In this document: positions 61,331 to 64,000 of the stretch, one piece after another
Position numbering within the stretch: position 1 is the first letter of the stretch
Layout: each line of letters opens with the position of its first letter
Program-made: the position numbers and the translations under genes
Assembly: GCA_977020255.1 (NCBI GenBank)
Contig: CDROCS010002367.1
Coordinates: forward strand, 1 to 64,000
Length of the DNA stretch: 64,000 bases
Source of the DNA: Obrimoposthia wandeli
Lineage: Eukaryota
Direction: 5' to 3'
Notes under the pieces: model-generated
The model's input: the letters and a program-made list of their open reading frames with translations, nothing else
The model's database searches: none
What the model was told of the DNA's origin: nothing

Positions 61331-62749
61331 TTATATGTTATGTAAATAAACCATTATAAACAAAAGTTGGGAGCAAAAGTCACTCGAATTCATCGATCTT
61401 TAAGCTTCAGTCAAAACTTTCTATTTAACAATTATATTGCGAAGAATGCAGGAAAACTTATTATGGCTACTAGCAACTTTAATCAAGATTTTTATAAATT
61501 AAAAAGTAATAATATTCTTGGAAAAACTGTACAGCACTTCTAAAAACATATTTTTGTATGGTTTTGCAATGATGGTATATCTGCTAAATTGGAACCATCG
61601 CAGTTTGTTATTTTTAGTTTTAACATAAAGCCATGTATGATTCTAAATAATCAATATTAGAACCATTAATAATATATTTTAAATCGGTTAAGGTGACTCC
61701 TGATACTGAATTAACGAGAATAATTTGTTCAAATAAATAATAAACTACAACAACTTGCGGAAGTGGTTTATCAAAAATACACAATTCAGTTTAGGCGCAA
61801 CTCATTTTGCAAATATTATTCCTTCAACTTTCTTATGTTTGTTTATAGCAATATTTATCTTTTTTAAAATTTAAATTCTTTATTTTCTTCTTTTGCTTTT
61901 TTTAAAATTTCTAATTAAATTAAAAACGTTTGGCAGAACATTTTCAAGTTCATTAAGTACATACTTTTTTGAAATTAAATAATTACTTATTGTCCTTAAA
62001 TGATAGATAGTTATTTCATAACTTTGAGATAAATCGTCCAAATCTATGCAAACGTGGAAAGAAACATCTAACCAATGTTCTAAGCCAACTGGACCCATAT
62101 TGTTTACCAACAAAATATGATAATTCACCACCTTATAAGCGTCAATTATTTCTGGAATCACCATTTCGTTTACTGAAATATATTTTTCAACTTAATTTGG
62201 CTCTGTATGTGACATTTATTAATTATCCGAAAACAACTCTCATATTTACTTCAATATTGTTTATAGATAAGAGAGCAATTGGAAGATACATTGGTTGATT
62301 TATACGAATACCAAGAACCAATTTTAATTTCACTTTCAGATATCCATATTGTTCTTAAAAGTGGTACATCTACAAGCGTTAGTATATAAATATATAACTG
62401 ATTAATAACATTTAAAAATTTAGTTAGCGTGATAGTACAGTGAAGAATATTTATTAAGAATTTAATTTAAGAATTTTTAATAGCTTTTGATAGACACCAT
62501 CATATTCAAATGCTTTAGATGAAACTAACTTTGATCTAACTTTGCATCTTGATAAAAATCAAATGATAATGAGTGATGGAATATTTTAATTTTTTGATCG
62601 GGATATTAACAACAATTCCCTGATGTATATTAAAAACAATGTAACAATGTAAATTTTTTTTAAATTAGATGGAGACTTTACAGAAAATATTACGAAGAAT
62701 AATAGAAAACAGAAAAAGCTTTTAATAATAAATTTTAGAATAATTATAT

Positions 62750-63058
62750 CAGGGGTTCTCAAAATATTTTGGATGTCGAACTCTGTGATAATATTAAAAA
62801 AATATGGGAACCTCTCCCTATTTAAAAATCCTTAAAACCATAAAGTAAATAATAAAAATAAAACTTATTTATATTGAAAAATGATTAAAAATTTAAAGTT
62901 TTACTAATGAAGGATTTATTAAGTAGCTATAGTAGGCCCATAACCTGGCAGGTATAGGCGAGTAACGTTAATGCCAATTTTAGTATATTCATTTTTTATT
63001 AAATGTCGGCTTTTGGAACTCCTGATTTTTTCGACGGAACCCACTTTGGGAACCCCTG
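62750..63058. mobile_element. hAT (Buster-type) MITE, 309 bp
   Basis: TIRs CAGGGGTTCTCAAA / TTTGGGAACCCCTG; near-TSD AATTATAT / TATTAGAT with central TA. Confidence 0.75.
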
Positions 63059-64000
63059 TATTAGATAATAGTATTAGTTAAACATATTGTTGTAATTGTT
63101 ATTGTATCATATAAACCAAAAACAATTCGAAACAGAACTATGTGATACAAATTCAAACGAGATATGAACTGTTTCATTGATTCTGACAGTTTGACAACAT
63201 TGTCTATAGATTGCTTATTTTAATTATGTAATAAATATATCATACATTTATTAGTAAAATGTTGTTTTAGATTTCAAAACATAAATACTGATGAGGATGA
63301 CTTAAATAAATTTATATATATATTCTCTGCGTCATCTCGCAAAGTATATTAAAAGTGAAATTGAAAAAAATGTGAAAATTAATAACAAATTAAAAAAAGT
63401 TAAAAGAAGCGTAATATATATATATATTTAATTTTATAACTAAGTAGCATTTGGAAGAAATACTGCTACACTAGTTCAAACTTTCCTATTTCATGACAGT
63501 TTTATCATTTAGATTATATTTTCCTCCCTTTTCCACATTTTCATCATTTTTGTCCTCTTTTTAATATCTTCTTTGCTTTTGATGTGCAGTTAATTATTAA
63601 GTGGCCATGAAGTTAGTTATTAAATTTTTTTAAAAAATTTTGTCTAATTATTTTAATCAAACTTTTTGAATAAAATTAAAGTTTATAATCTTTTCCTAAA
63701 CAGTATTTTTAGTTTTGAAAAAGGTTTTAAAAACGTAGCATATGATACTAGCAAACATTACCTGCTCTTAGTGTACATTTTACTTATAATTATACGGAAA
63801 TCGTTTAAAAATTAAATAACCCAATATGAAGTAAAAATCACAAATCACAAAGCCTGTTATGCTTTTAAATTGTTTTCTTTATGTAATATTTCATCAGATT
63901 GATCAGATTCATTTAAGAATTTTAACGTATTTAGCAATTCAGTTGGTAGCAGCCTCCGCCCGACAAGCCTGGCCTAAAAAACGTGCATAGTTATTATAAA

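Noticed and set aside
61400-62400. Decayed minus-strand coding remnant with a faint capsid-like or OB-fold-like phrase
   Set aside because: Different frames suggest different folds; too degenerate to call without a profile search.

Overview
Eukaryotic (animal), AT-rich genomic DNA. Bases 1-22543 are one giant (about 23.5 kb if the 5' LTR is full length) Ty3/Gypsy-type LTR retroelement on the + strand. Its 5' LTR is cut by the window start, followed by a tRNA-Met PBS and a repeat-rich leader. The coding region can be stitched into a ~16 kb polyprotein (2572-18632) in this order: Gag (CA, CCHC), SUMO/ubiquitin-like domain plus AT-hook, chuvirus-like class III envelope glycoprotein, aspartic protease 1, IAP (BIR, degenerate BIR, UBA-like, RING), aspartic protease 2, RT, RNase H, integrase, three Ig-like (IPT/TIG-like) repeats, an active and a dead dual-specificity phosphatase, and a multi-membrane-spanning region. 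Three separate RING-H2 genes and a ~2 kb 3' LTR follow. Almost all frame breaks are single-base losses in homopolymers, so the element may be intact in vivo. The rest of the window (22.5-64 kb) is host DNA. It holds two exons of a minus-strand peptide (FMRFamide-receptor-like) GPCR and many decayed transposons (hAT, Chapaev3-like, piggyBac, pogo, mariner, Merlin, Gypsy, a hAT MITE). It also holds three partial copies of an unexplained AGTA-terminated, TIR-flanked multigene element. All domain calls are by-eye motif recognition; no searches were run.
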